The position numbers were made by a program, and so were the translations under genes. DNA of 57,486 bases. It comes from Nanobdellota archaeon (GTDB lineage Archaea; Nanobdellota; Nanobdellia; Pacearchaeales; GW2011-AR1). Of this stretch, positions 26,659 to 34,924 are shown piece by piece; the stretch's first letter is position 1, and every line of letters starts with the position of its first letter. The stretch is taken from positions 1 to 57,486 of the forward strand of contig JBBSXA010000030.1 in the NCBI GenBank assembly GCA_038045985.1, in the 5' to 3' direction. A model generated the notes under the pieces. That model saw only the letters and a program-made list of their open reading frames with translations, searched no databases and was not told where the DNA came from.

Positions 26659-27193
26659 ATTAAGTTTCATATTCACACAAATCAACAATCACTAAAAACA
26701 AAAACCCTGGCATACCCTCCACGAGGATATTTCGTTAGCACTTTTTTCTTGAATTATCAACTATGCTAAAATTTCTTTAAATTTTGGCTGTAAAACCCCG
26801 GAAAACCCTGAAATTACTGTTTAATTTCATACATATATAAACAGACAACAAACACTATTCATTGGAGGACCCTTGAATAAACAACAATAAATAAACAACA
26901 ATTTGTGAATCTATCTATTACTAGTAGAACACAAAACACACATACAAACCTCTTTCAGAAAGGAGAATTAAACAAAGCGAAGTTGTAACCTTATAACCTT
27001 ATTGTAAGGGCTGCGTTTTACTTTAACTTTTTCACTTGGCCAATGTTGCAAGCAGTAGATGTGCAGCCCTTTTTTCTCTGCGTTTTGAGAAAATCAAAAA
27101 ACACAAAACGAGCATTAGACTTTGTCTTTTGCTTTGAAAATCACAAATCAACAATCTTAACAACAATCTTAAAACACCAAACTTGGAGGTTTT

Positions 27194-27706
27194 ATGAAGA
27201 CATTTTTCTTTTTAGGTTTTGGCACTATGCTATTTATTTTAGCAGGTGTACTGACAATTTCTTTCTGGTACGACTTCACTAATAATTGTGAGGACTACCT
27301 TAAGTTGGCCGGAGATGCGCCGACTGTCGAGAAGGCAAACGAGTTTCTTGGGAAAGCATTGGGATTCCTGGAAAACAATGGCCTTACCTCTGGAAATTCA
27401 GCCTTCTTTTTTAAAAAGCCAGATGCTGATATCGGCATTTGGTACAATCAAATTAAAGGGGCTTATTCAACAACGCAGGACATTCTTGAGAGAATGAGAA
27501 ACAGCGCTTCTCCAGTTTCTCAGCTTGAAAAGGACAATGCTCTGATGAAAATCAGGGAAGTTGTTCTTGATGCGGGGAAAAATGGAGTCGAGGTTACTGT
27601 GCCAGCCCACATTAGCTGGTTTCCTCACCAACTTCTCATGCTTTTTCTCTGGACTCTCTCTGTTGGTTTCATTATTTTCGGGTTCGCTATTCTGATAGAG
27701 TGGTGA
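27194..27706 (+). CDS. island membrane protein: N- and C-terminal TM helices flanking a helical ectodomain
   Basis: GGAGG lies 4 nt before the ATG; both ends are hydrophobic. Confidence 0.6.
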   Translation: MKTFFFLGFGTMLFILAGVLTISFWYDFTNNCEDYLKLAGDAPTVEKANEFLGKALGFLENNGLTSGNSAFFFKKPDADIGIWYNQIKGAYSTTQDILERMRNSASPVSQLEKDNALMKIREVVLDAGKNGVEVTVPAHISWFPHQLLMLFLWTLSVGFIIFGFAILIEW

Positions 27707-27748
27707 TCACATAACAAGGACAAGCCGAATTTTTCAGTGAGGTGAAAC

Positions 27749-28316
27749 ATGAATCTTTTTTTTCAAATTTGGGGCGGAGTTTTCTATCTTCTGAACAAGA
27801 TTTTTTTCTCCATTTCTGAAAGAAAAGGAAATGAAGAGAGAAAAAGGAAGTGGAAGATAGCAGCATGGTCAGTCTATCTTATAGGACTTCCTGGCTGGCT
27901 TTACATATTGACTTCCAGCAAAGCTTGGATAGTTGCTTCTGTTGAGCTGTGTGGTGCTCCCTCAATGATTGTGGGACTTGCTGCAGCTATAAAGGGAAAT
28001 GAACAAAATTTCCCAGTGGTTTTATTATGTTGCAATGATAGGCTCTGTTTTTGGCATTGCTCTCAGCATCTATGATTTCGGAGGCATTACTAAATGGAGC
28101 CAGGTGGTTGAGCTGGGAGTTGTTGCAGGGTTTCTTTTTGGCTCTTATCTATTGGCTAAAGAGCACGCCTCCGGATATCTCTGGTTCATGCTTATGAATT
28201 CCTCGAATTGCATTCTTATGTATATTCAGGGGAATTTCTACATGGCGTTGCAACAGGCTTTGTCTTTACTTTTTGTTGTTTATTCTTTCTATCTAAGGAA
28301 GAAGCACATCACTTAA
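27749..28316 (+). pseudogene. multi-pass membrane protein split by a frameshift near 27995-28015
   Basis: ORFs 27749..28075 and 27999..28316 overlap in different frames, and both are TM-rich. The join lies in aaagggaaatgaacaaaatttccc. Confidence 0.5.
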
Positions 28317-28330
28317 CTCATGGAGGAGTT

Positions 28331-28567
28331 ATGATCTTTTTGAGATTTTGGATTGCTTCAGCTTGTGAGGCAGTTCTGAGATTTGTCTACACGTTTGTGG
28401 CTTTGGAATTTGTTTCCAGACACATTCCTGTAGTTGTGAGAAGGCATTTGTTCTGCTTTTGGACAAGTGCTAAGTTAAACCTAATAAGGGAGGAGGTGAA
28501 GCTTAAGATTTCTATCTTGATTTTCGTGATGGTCTCCATACTCTGGTTTGCTGGAGACAAGTGTTAA
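28331..28567 (+). CDS. small island protein (78 aa, hydrophobic)
   Basis: GGAGG lies 4 nt before the ATG at 28331. Confidence 0.5.
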   Translation: MIFLRFWIASACEAVLRFVYTFVALEFVSRHIPVVVRRHLFCFWTSAKLNLIREEVKLKISILIFVMVSILWFAGDKC

Positions 28568-28597
28568 CCTTTAGCTTAATTTTGTCTTGGAGGAAAC

Positions 28598-28768
28598 ATG
28601 TCAAAAAATTTATCCAAGGACTTTCTTATTCAAGAAGGTCTTAGTGAGATTGAAGAGCCAAAATCTGGGGCGGGAGCTTTATCTTTTGCTCAGTTCTATG
28701 GAACCGATAACCCTTTTTGGCTTCTTGTTGAGCCACAGCTTGATGTCTTTGAAGGAGATGATTTTTAA
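28598..28768 (+). CDS. small acidic island protein (56 aa; not in the ORF track because it is <60 aa)
   Basis: ttGGAGGaaacATG; product MSKNLSKDFLIQEGLSEIEEPKSGAGALSFAQFYGTDNPFWLLVEPQLDVFEGDDF. Preferred over the TTG-started track ORF 28587..28811. Confidence 0.5.
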   Translation: MSKNLSKDFLIQEGLSEIEEPKSGAGALSFAQFYGTDNPFWLLVEPQLDVFEGDDF

Positions 28769-28833
28769 CGCGTTTCATCCTGTCGAACACAACAACAATT
28801 TTCACAATTGAATTTGAACTTTTTTTCAGGAGA

Positions 28834-29121
28834 ATGGAGTTTCTGAATATGAAGAATGGAAAAAACGGAAATTCAAAAAGGGAGAAGAAAGGAAAGTCTT
28901 TCAATGGATACATCCTCAAGGAGCTCGTAGAGAAGATTAATTCTCGAATGAAAGATTACGAGCTCAAGGCTATTCTTATTGGGAGAGGAGTTCATATCGA
29001 TACACGGAAGTTCTACCCGGTTATAACAGCCTTGAGAATCAAAAGAGGGAGGCTTTGCAAACAGATAATGTCAATGGCTCCTGAGAAATCAGAGGCTAAA
29101 GACAAGAGAAAAAGAAAGTAA
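28834..29121 (+). CDS. small basic island protein (possible nucleic-acid binder)
   Basis: cAGGAGaATG; Lys/Arg-rich at both termini. Confidence 0.55.
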   Translation: MEFLNMKNGKNGNSKREKKGKSFNGYILKELVEKINSRMKDYELKAILIGRGVHIDTRKFYPVITALRIKRGRLCKQIMSMAPEKSEAKDKRKRK

Positions 29122-29183
29122 CAAACAACAGTTTCGAGCTAAACTCGAAAAATCAAACACAAACCATTTCTCAAGGAGATTTT

Positions 29184-29354
29184 ATGAAAAATTCTCATGT
29201 TTTGGCAATTTTATTTGCCGCCATCCTTTTTCTTTTAGGTGCACTTTTTGCTCCACCTATCTTTCTCAGAGTGTCTATTGCTCTGATTGCCCTGAGTTTG
29301 ATTTTTTCCTTACTTCACAAAAAGCACAGAAAAGATCCTAACAGTCACGAATAG
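29184..29354 (+). CDS. small two-TM island protein (56 aa; not in the ORF track)
   Basis: AAGGAGattttATG; product MKNSHVLAILFAAILFLLGALFAPPIFLRVSIALIALSLIFSLLHKKHRKDPNSHE. Confidence 0.5.
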   Translation: MKNSHVLAILFAAILFLLGALFAPPIFLRVSIALIALSLIFSLLHKKHRKDPNSHE

Positions 29355-29435
29355 CGGTTGCTCAGATGGTTTCTCAGACATTGGATGTCGGCATTTCTTC
29401 GGCTTTGGATTGGTGAAATCTTTCAAGGAGAATTT

Positions 29436-29759
29436 ATGTCGACGATGAAAGAAAAGAAAGGCTTGTCATTTAATATATGGATTGGCCTTTTAAGCCTTGC
29501 AGGATTGGCTTTGTATGTTTATGCCAACAGAGAGATTGTTTCTACCGTCTTTCTCGCGGAAGACTTCACAGCTTATCTTGGCAGAGGACTGATTTGCGGG
29601 ACTACAGGTTTTTTTTGGAGCCCTCTTATTGGTTTTCTTAAAGCACTTTTCACGGTTCTTGCCTTTGTTGTTGCTTTGGCGATTGTTGCATTTTTCTTCG
29701 CGTACATTATCTTTGGCTTCACATTTCAAGATGCTCTCAAAGCTGTGAGCGCATTGTAG
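29436..29759 (+). CDS. island membrane protein (~3 TM)
   Basis: AAGGAGaatttATG at 29436, in frame with track ORF 29358..29759. Confidence 0.55.
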   Translation: MSTMKEKKGLSFNIWIGLLSLAGLALYVYANREIVSTVFLAEDFTAYLGRGLICGTTGFFWSPLIGFLKALFTVLAFVVALAIVAFFFAYIIFGFTFQDALKAVSAL

Positions 29760-29767
29760 GGGGATTT

Positions 29768-30166
29768 ATGGAAATCAGAGACATAGTGTTTGCGATTATT
29801 GCAGTAGGATTAGTGGTGATTGTTTTTATAACAAAGCTTTCATCATACCAATCTGCAAAGGCACAGAAAACTTCGAGTTATGCAATGATCGCAATTGCAG
29901 CTGTTTTTATACTGATTGTTTTTGGATGGCTTGCCACTCAATACGATTATGATAAAATGTCTGCAGATTTTAAAGGGGGAAAGCTGGAACTTTCTTTGCA
30001 GCAATCAAAGAGAAATTCTGCCGGGGATTCTGTTTCTGTTCAAGATTCTATTAATTTTGAAGTTCCTGCCGAGAAGATAAATCAGGGATGGAAGATGATA
30101 GGAAAGATTGCCGGGAGCTTGGATGAATTGTTTAACAAACCTAAAGACAAACCTGACAGCTTGTGA
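29768..30166 (+). CDS. island membrane protein (2 TM plus a soluble tail)
   Basis: GGGGGatttATG; two hydrophobic helices. Confidence 0.55.
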   Translation: MEIRDIVFAIIAVGLVVIVFITKLSSYQSAKAQKTSSYAMIAIAAVFILIVFGWLATQYDYDKMSADFKGGKLELSLQQSKRNSAGDSVSVQDSINFEVPAEKINQGWKMIGKIAGSLDELFNKPKDKPDSL

Positions 30167-30228
30167 GGAGGAATATGGAAAGTGATGAACTTTTAATTAT
30201 TAACAATAAACTTTGAAGGAGGTTCTAT

Positions 30229-30525
30229 GTGAGTGAGCATGTTTCAAAAGAGGTTTTCGCTATTGTTCGCGCTCCTAAAAATATTGGAGATCATAGCAAC
30301 TATATTGTTACTTCTCCTTATTACAATCAGGGGCAGTTCAAGAGAGATGATTCAATAACTGTAGATCGAAAGAAATGGCTGGAAAATTTTCAACCTGAGG
30401 AAGGCGTATTTGTCATTCTTTTGGGTGTCTTTGGGAAACCTAAAGGTTTGCGTGCAAGCTCTGCTAGGTTCGCTACTCCTTATGAAATACAGTTTCATAC
30501 AGCAAAAAGCAAAGAGCAAGATTAA
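30229..30525 (+). CDS. small soluble island protein
   Basis: AAGGAGG precedes a GTG start. Confidence 0.5.
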   Translation: MSEHVSKEVFAIVRAPKNIGDHSNYIVTSPYYNQGQFKRDDSITVDRKKWLENFQPEEGVFVILLGVFGKPKGLRASSARFATPYEIQFHTAKSKEQD

Positions 30526-30538
30526 CGAAAGGATTTTT

Positions 30539-30790
30539 ATGAGTTTCATTCAGATTTTAGAATTTATTGTTGTGATGCTACTCATTTTGGTAGCTTTCAC
30601 TCAAGTGATTATTCCTCTTTTGAAGGGCACTCTTGTTTTTCCTTTTTTTCGCAAGGCTAGGAAGAAGGAGCATGAGATTGTTTCCATTGAGGAAGAGAGA
30701 GATGAGGTTCGGCTTGATCAAGAAATTGCTCGAAAAAGAGACAAGCTTGATCAGGAGAAGAAAAAGGGAGGTTTGTCAAAGGACAATTAA
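30539..30790 (+). CDS. small island protein: one TM plus a charged coiled-coil tail
   Basis: ATG at 30539, in frame with track ORF 30410..30790; hydrophobic N-terminus. Confidence 0.5.
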   Translation: MSFIQILEFIVVMLLILVAFTQVIIPLLKGTLVFPFFRKARKKEHEIVSIEEERDEVRLDQEIARKRDKLDQEKKKGGLSKDN

Positions 30791-30853
30791 TCCTTTTTAC
30801 ACGTTCGTTTTTTAAAACTTTAAACTGTTAACATTAAACTTTTGGAGAATTAT

Positions 30854-32047
30854 ATGTCAATCCAAAGCAGTTCTAGCATGAGGCAATTGTCGAAGATTCT
30901 TGGTATTGGTATTGCCGTCCTTGTTTTTTTGTTCTTGATAGTCGGAGCAGGAAAACTTTGGCAGAATGTCGATGCTAACGAGATCGTCGTGATTCAAGCC
31001 CCCGTGTCTGGAGAGTTGAACTGGCACGTCACACCTGGGCTTAAGTGGCAGGGATGGGGTTCAGTTACTACCTATCCAAAGAGAGCGATTTACCAGTTTG
31101 AGATTTCTGTGCGCTTCAATGATGGCGGCCATGGCACCATGTTTGGCAGTGTCCAATATGATATGCCAAATGATGTTGATAATCTTAAAAAACTACACAC
31201 GAAGTACGGATCAAAGGAAGCGATTCAGAGTCAGCTTGTTAAGACTGTTACTGACAAGTCGGTATACATGACCGGGCCTTTGATGACTTCAAAAGAAAGT
31301 TATGCTGAAAAGCGTAATTATCTTCTAAGCTATGTTGAAGATCAGATTGTGCATGGAGTCTACAAGACTCTCTCGAGAGAAGCAAAAATGATTGATCAGA
31401 TGACTGGGGCAGAGAAGACTATCACTGTTGTCGAGATCGTTTTGAAAGAGGGTATTCCTGAAAGGCAAGAGGAGGCTGTTCTAGCTAGTTTTGGCATCAG
31501 ACCGTTTAACTTTGCCATCGAAAAACTTCCATATGATGAGGCTGTTGAAACTCAAATAAAGATGCAGCAGCAAATCACTATGGATGTCCAGACAGCAATT
31601 GCCGATGCGAAGAAGGCTGAACAGAGGACAATCACTGTTGTTGAACAAGGCAAGGCTGATGCTGCCAAGGCGAAGTGGGATCAAGAAGTCATAAAGGCCC
31701 AGCAGGTTACTGAAGCTGAGCAGAAGTTGGAAGTTGCTCGACTTGGGGCTCTTGCTGCCGAACAATACAAAAAGGAGCAGATTCTTAGAGCAGATGGTGA
31801 TTCCGAATACAAGCGCAGAGTCATGGAAGCTGATGGCGCTCTTACTCAGAAGCTCGCGACTTACAAAGACGTCAATATCCGGTATGCTGAGGCTATTGAG
31901 AAGTACACAGGAGCTTGGGTACCTTCTATTGTTATGGGAGGTGATGGGAAATCCGGAACTTCAAACGGTGCTCAGGATTTGATCAGTCTCCTTTTAGCAA
32001 GGACTGCAAAAGACCTTTCCCTAGATCTTAGCGTCAAGGGCAAGTAA
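30854..32047 (+). CDS. SPFH/Band-7 (flotillin/YqiK-like) membrane-scaffold protein
   Basis: N-terminal TM, an SPFH-like core (EIVVIQAPVSGELNWHVTPGLKW...), and a long Ala/Glu/Lys/Gln coiled coil (AKKAEQRTITVVEQGKADAAKAKWDQEVIKAQQ...). Confidence 0.65.
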   Translation: MSIQSSSSMRQLSKILGIGIAVLVFLFLIVGAGKLWQNVDANEIVVIQAPVSGELNWHVTPGLKWQGWGSVTTYPKRAIYQFEISVRFNDGGHGTMFGSVQYDMPNDVDNLKKLHTKYGSKEAIQSQLVKTVTDKSVYMTGPLMTSKESYAEKRNYLLSYVEDQIVHGVYKTLSREAKMIDQMTGAEKTITVVEIVLKEGIPERQEEAVLASFGIRPFNFAIEKLPYDEAVETQIKMQQQITMDVQTAIADAKKAEQRTITVVEQGKADAAKAKWDQEVIKAQQVTEAEQKLEVARLGALAAEQYKKEQILRADGDSEYKRRVMEADGALTQKLATYKDVNIRYAEAIEKYTGAWVPSIVMGGDGKSGTSNGAQDLISLLLARTAKDLSLDLSVKGK

Positions 32048-32126
32048 GTCTTCTTTCAGACACACTCTGGCCAAGAGTGTTATGCACCTTCCTCTCTTGT
32101 ACTGAGAGTTACGCTCTTTCTGCCAT

Positions 32127-32158
32127 GAAGGCCTTTGATGTAAAAGTTAGAGGCCTTC
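32127..32158 (+). terminator. 8-bp GC-rich hairpin after the SPFH gene, with a T8 run ~17 nt downstream
   Basis: GAAGGCCT ...16 nt... AGGCCTTC; a second hairpin ACACTCT ggcca AGAGTGT lies at ~32061-32079. Confidence 0.35.
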
Positions 32159-32249
32159 GATTTGATTTAGTCTTCTTTTTTTTCTGATTGTTTTCTATGT
32201 GGAATTCTAAATTTTTTCTTCCGGAATTTCAGAAATCTATCTTTCTTAC

Positions 32250-32603
32250 CATATTTTTTTTGCAAAATTTCAGGTTAATATGCATGCAAGTTATGCGATT
32301 TACAAAAATATTACCTGTCTTTTTATTATTAACAATTATATTTTAGAATCTTACATTAAATCTTTGGTTTTTTACTTAACTGGTAATTTAGCAGACACTT
32401 TTTTATTTAATTTTCCGTTTAAACATATTTTTTTGCAAAATTTATGATAAGAAAGCTAAATTTATTTGATTAATTTGGACAATTTTCTGTAATTTCTACT
32501 TTATTTTATTATTAATATTATTCTATTTTGATTAAAGGTTATATTTAGACATTATTTTACATTTTAATTTTTTTCTTAAAAACATATTTTTTTTGCAAAA
32601 TTT
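32250..32603 (+). repeat. Three copies of a ~21-nt box CATATTTTTTT(T)GCAAAATTT spaced ~160-175 nt apart in an AT-rich intergenic region
   Basis: Boxes at 32250-32270, 32424-32443 and 32583-32603. The spacers share degenerate similarity (ttttattattaa...). Confidence 0.7.
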
Positions 32604-32662
32604 TAAATAAGGTTTATTTATTCTTGAGCAAATTTAATAAACTCTTATTTCTTTTTGCTTTT

Positions 32663-34102
32663 ATGAATATTAATTATGGAGACATGGGTTTTAAGGCTGG
32701 ACTGGAAATTCATCAGCAGCTTGACTCTAAAAAATTGTTCTGCAACTGCCCGAGCATTTTAAGAGGAGACACCCCCAGCTTTGAGATTAAGAGAAAATTG
32801 CATACTGTTGCGGGCGAATCTGGAGAAATTGATGTTGCAGCAGAGCACGAAGCTGCTCTTGACAGGGAGTTTGTTTATCAGGCTTACGATACTACATGCC
32901 TGGTTGAGCTGGATGAAGAGCCTCCCCATGAAATAAATAAAGATGCGTTAATGACTGCTTTGCATATTTCTCTTTTGATGAATGCCAAGATAATTCCAAT
33001 TTCACAGATAATGAGGAAGACGGTTATTGATGGAAGCAATACTGGAGGTTTTCAGAGAACTGTGATGATTGCCAGGGATGGTTTTATTGAGACTTCTTAT
33101 GGAAATGTTCGAATTTTAGGAATTTTTCTTGAAGAAGATTCTGCCAGACTTGTTTTGAAAGATGAAAAAAGCGCTGTTTACAGGCTTGACAGGCTTGGAA
33201 TTCCTTTAATTGAAATTGCCACAGAGCCTGATTTGAAAAATGCAGAACACGCAAAAGAAACTGCTTTGAAAATTGGAGAGATACTTAGAGCGTGCAAAGT
33301 AAAAAGAGGAATTGGAACTATTAGACAGGACATTAATATTTCTATAAAAGGAAGCAATAGAGTTGAGCTTAAAGGCTTTCAAGATCCTAAAATAATGTTG
33401 AAGAGTATTGAAGAAGAAGTAAGAAGGCAGCTGGCTTATGTTGGCGCTGGAAAAAAAAATTCTTCTGAAGTCAGAAATGTTTTGCCTAATGGAAGTTCTG
33501 AGTTTATGAGGCCGATGCCTGGTGCAGACAGAATGTATCCTGAAACTGATCTTCCTTTGCTGAAAATTCCATTGGATTTTATTAATAGCGCTAAGAAAAA
33601 CTTGCCTAGGCTAAGAGAAGAAATTGAAGAAGAATTAAGAAATCAGGGGCTTAGCCAGGAATATATTTCTATTCTTTTGAAATCTAATGAGATTGAAAAG
33701 TACAAAGAACTTTATTATATTGTTCCAAAGCCAAATTTTGTTGCAAAGGCTGTTTTGGTTTTTCCAAAAGAGATTGCCGCGAAAAAAGGGATTGCATTTG
33801 AAAGGGTTTTAGAAATACTCGATGAGCATTATTTTGAAGTTTTTAATAAAGTTGCCCAGGGAAAACTCAAAGAAGAAGATGTGAAGCATATTTTTGAGAG
33901 GCTTGTTGATGGAAAGAGTTTTTCCGAAGCTGCGAAACTTGACAAGCTTAGCGTGAATGATTTGGAAGAAGCTGTCCTTAAAATTATGAAAAGCAAGCCA
34001 GGACTTTCAGAGAATGCTTATATGGGGTTGGTTATGAGGGAGCTTAGAGGAAAAATTAGTGGAAAAGAAGCGAGCGAAATAATAAAGAAACTTATGCACT
34101 AA
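32663..34102 (+). CDS. gatE: Glu-tRNA(Gln) amidotransferase subunit E (short form)
   Basis: GLEIHQQLDSKKLFCNCPS, a GatB/E catalytic core and a C-terminal YqeY-like tail MGLVMRELRGK. The ATG at 32663 is preferred to the TTG at 32624. Confidence 0.88.
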   Translation: MNINYGDMGFKAGLEIHQQLDSKKLFCNCPSILRGDTPSFEIKRKLHTVAGESGEIDVAAEHEAALDREFVYQAYDTTCLVELDEEPPHEINKDALMTALHISLLMNAKIIPISQIMRKTVIDGSNTGGFQRTVMIARDGFIETSYGNVRILGIFLEEDSARLVLKDEKSAVYRLDRLGIPLIEIATEPDLKNAEHAKETALKIGEILRACKVKRGIGTIRQDINISIKGSNRVELKGFQDPKIMLKSIEEEVRRQLAYVGAGKKNSSEVRNVLPNGSSEFMRPMPGADRMYPETDLPLLKIPLDFINSAKKNLPRLREEIEEELRNQGLSQEYISILLKSNEIEKYKELYYIVPKPNFVAKAVLVFPKEIAAKKGIAFERVLEILDEHYFEVFNKVAQGKLKEEDVKHIFERLVDGKSFSEAAKLDKLSVNDLEEAVLKIMKSKPGLSENAYMGLVMRELRGKISGKEASEIIKKLMH

Positions 34103-34136
34103 TTTTTCTGCAGCTTCGTCCAAGCGTGGCCAAATC

Positions 34137-34193
34137 AGAGGAAAGATTTCAGGGAGCGAGGCTGTTGAAATAATCAGGAAGCTGATGAAGTGA
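34137..34193 (+). repeat. Ghost copy of the GatE C-terminus (RGKISGSEAVEIIRKLMK*), +1 frame relative to gatE
   Basis: Compare the real end RGKISGKEASEIIKKLMH*. Many differences are synonymous. It is preceded by tcgtccaagcgtggccaaat (34116-34135). Confidence 0.7.
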
Positions 34194-34330
34194 GAAGATT
34201 TAATCTTTAATGCCAAATAATTTAAATATTTTGGCATATTACTTTTTGCTGTGCAAAAAGTGTTGCATAAAACCCCCAATTTTTTTGGCTCCAAAAGATT
34301 TATATAGTTTTATTTTATAACATATGTTAT

Positions 34331-34924
34331 ATGAAGAAACCGATTGTTCATAAAAAATACCTTAGGTTATATGAAGAAACTGCTAGGCAGAAGGTTTTAG
34401 AAGTTTTGTTTAGATTTCCTGATAAAGAATTTAGCCTTTCTGATTTAGCAAAAGAGGCTAGTGTTGCAAAAGCTAATATAGGAAAAATATTGTTGGAATT
34501 GGAGAAGTGGGAGTTTATTTCAGTAACCAGGCTTAGTAAGATTTGGAGAATTATGGCTAATAGGGACAATTGGGATTTTAAGAAAAGTAAAATAATATAC
34601 AATTTAAATTTTGTTTATAAGAGTGGTTTAGTTGAATTCCTAATAGATTATTTCAAAAATCCAAAATGTATTGTTCTTTTTGGGAGTTTTGGGAAGGGCG
34701 AAGACATTGCCAGTTCAGATATAGATATAGCTATAGAAAATGAAAATTCTGAAGGTTATAAAGTTACTGGCTTGAGAGAACTTTTAGAGTTTGAAAAAAT
34801 AATCAGAAGAAATATACAACTCCACCTGTTTAATCAAAGTAATGTCGATGAAGGCGTTTTTAACAATATAATCAATGGTGTTGTTTTATTTGGATTTTTG
34901 GAGGTTAATCATGGAAAAAAATAA
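34331..34924 (+). CDS. minimal nucleotidyltransferase (MNT) with an N-terminal wHTH; antitoxin-type partner of HEPN
   Basis: LFGSFGKGEDIASSDIDIAI (GSx10-DxD). Confidence 0.75.
   Translation: MKKPIVHKKYLRLYEETARQKVLEVLFRFPDKEFSLSDLAKEASVAKANIGKILLELEKWEFISVTRLSKIWRIMANRDNWDFKKSKIIYNLNFVYKSGLVEFLIDYFKNPKCIVLFGSFGKGEDIASSDIDIAIENENSEGYKVTGLRELLEFEKIIRRNIQLHLFNQSNVDEGVFNNIINGVVLFGFLEVNHGKK

Larger units (their letters stand above)
23830..32200 (+). mobile_element. Putative horizontally acquired block (integrated element or membrane-apparatus island)
   Basis: G+C is visibly higher than the flanks and every gene is on the + strand. Genes are SD-led and small, encoding an ATPase, TM proteins and an SPFH protein. 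An imperfect direct repeat TTTNTGATTGTT(TT)CTAT(T)GT sits at 23830-23848 and 32181-32200. Confidence 0.5.

Noticed and set aside
32201-32662. The chromosomal replication origin (oriC).
   Set aside because: No orc1/cdc6 gene is adjacent, and the repeats do not resemble ORB or mini-ORB consensus elements. An iteron-like or promoter interpretation is kept as a hypothesis instead.
7598-34193. A diversity-generating retroelement (VR/TR pairs) as the origin of the duplicated C-termini.
   Set aside because: No reverse transcriptase is present in the window. The repeats are short, the mismatches are not adenine-specific, and the targets are essential enzymes rather than ligand-binding proteins.
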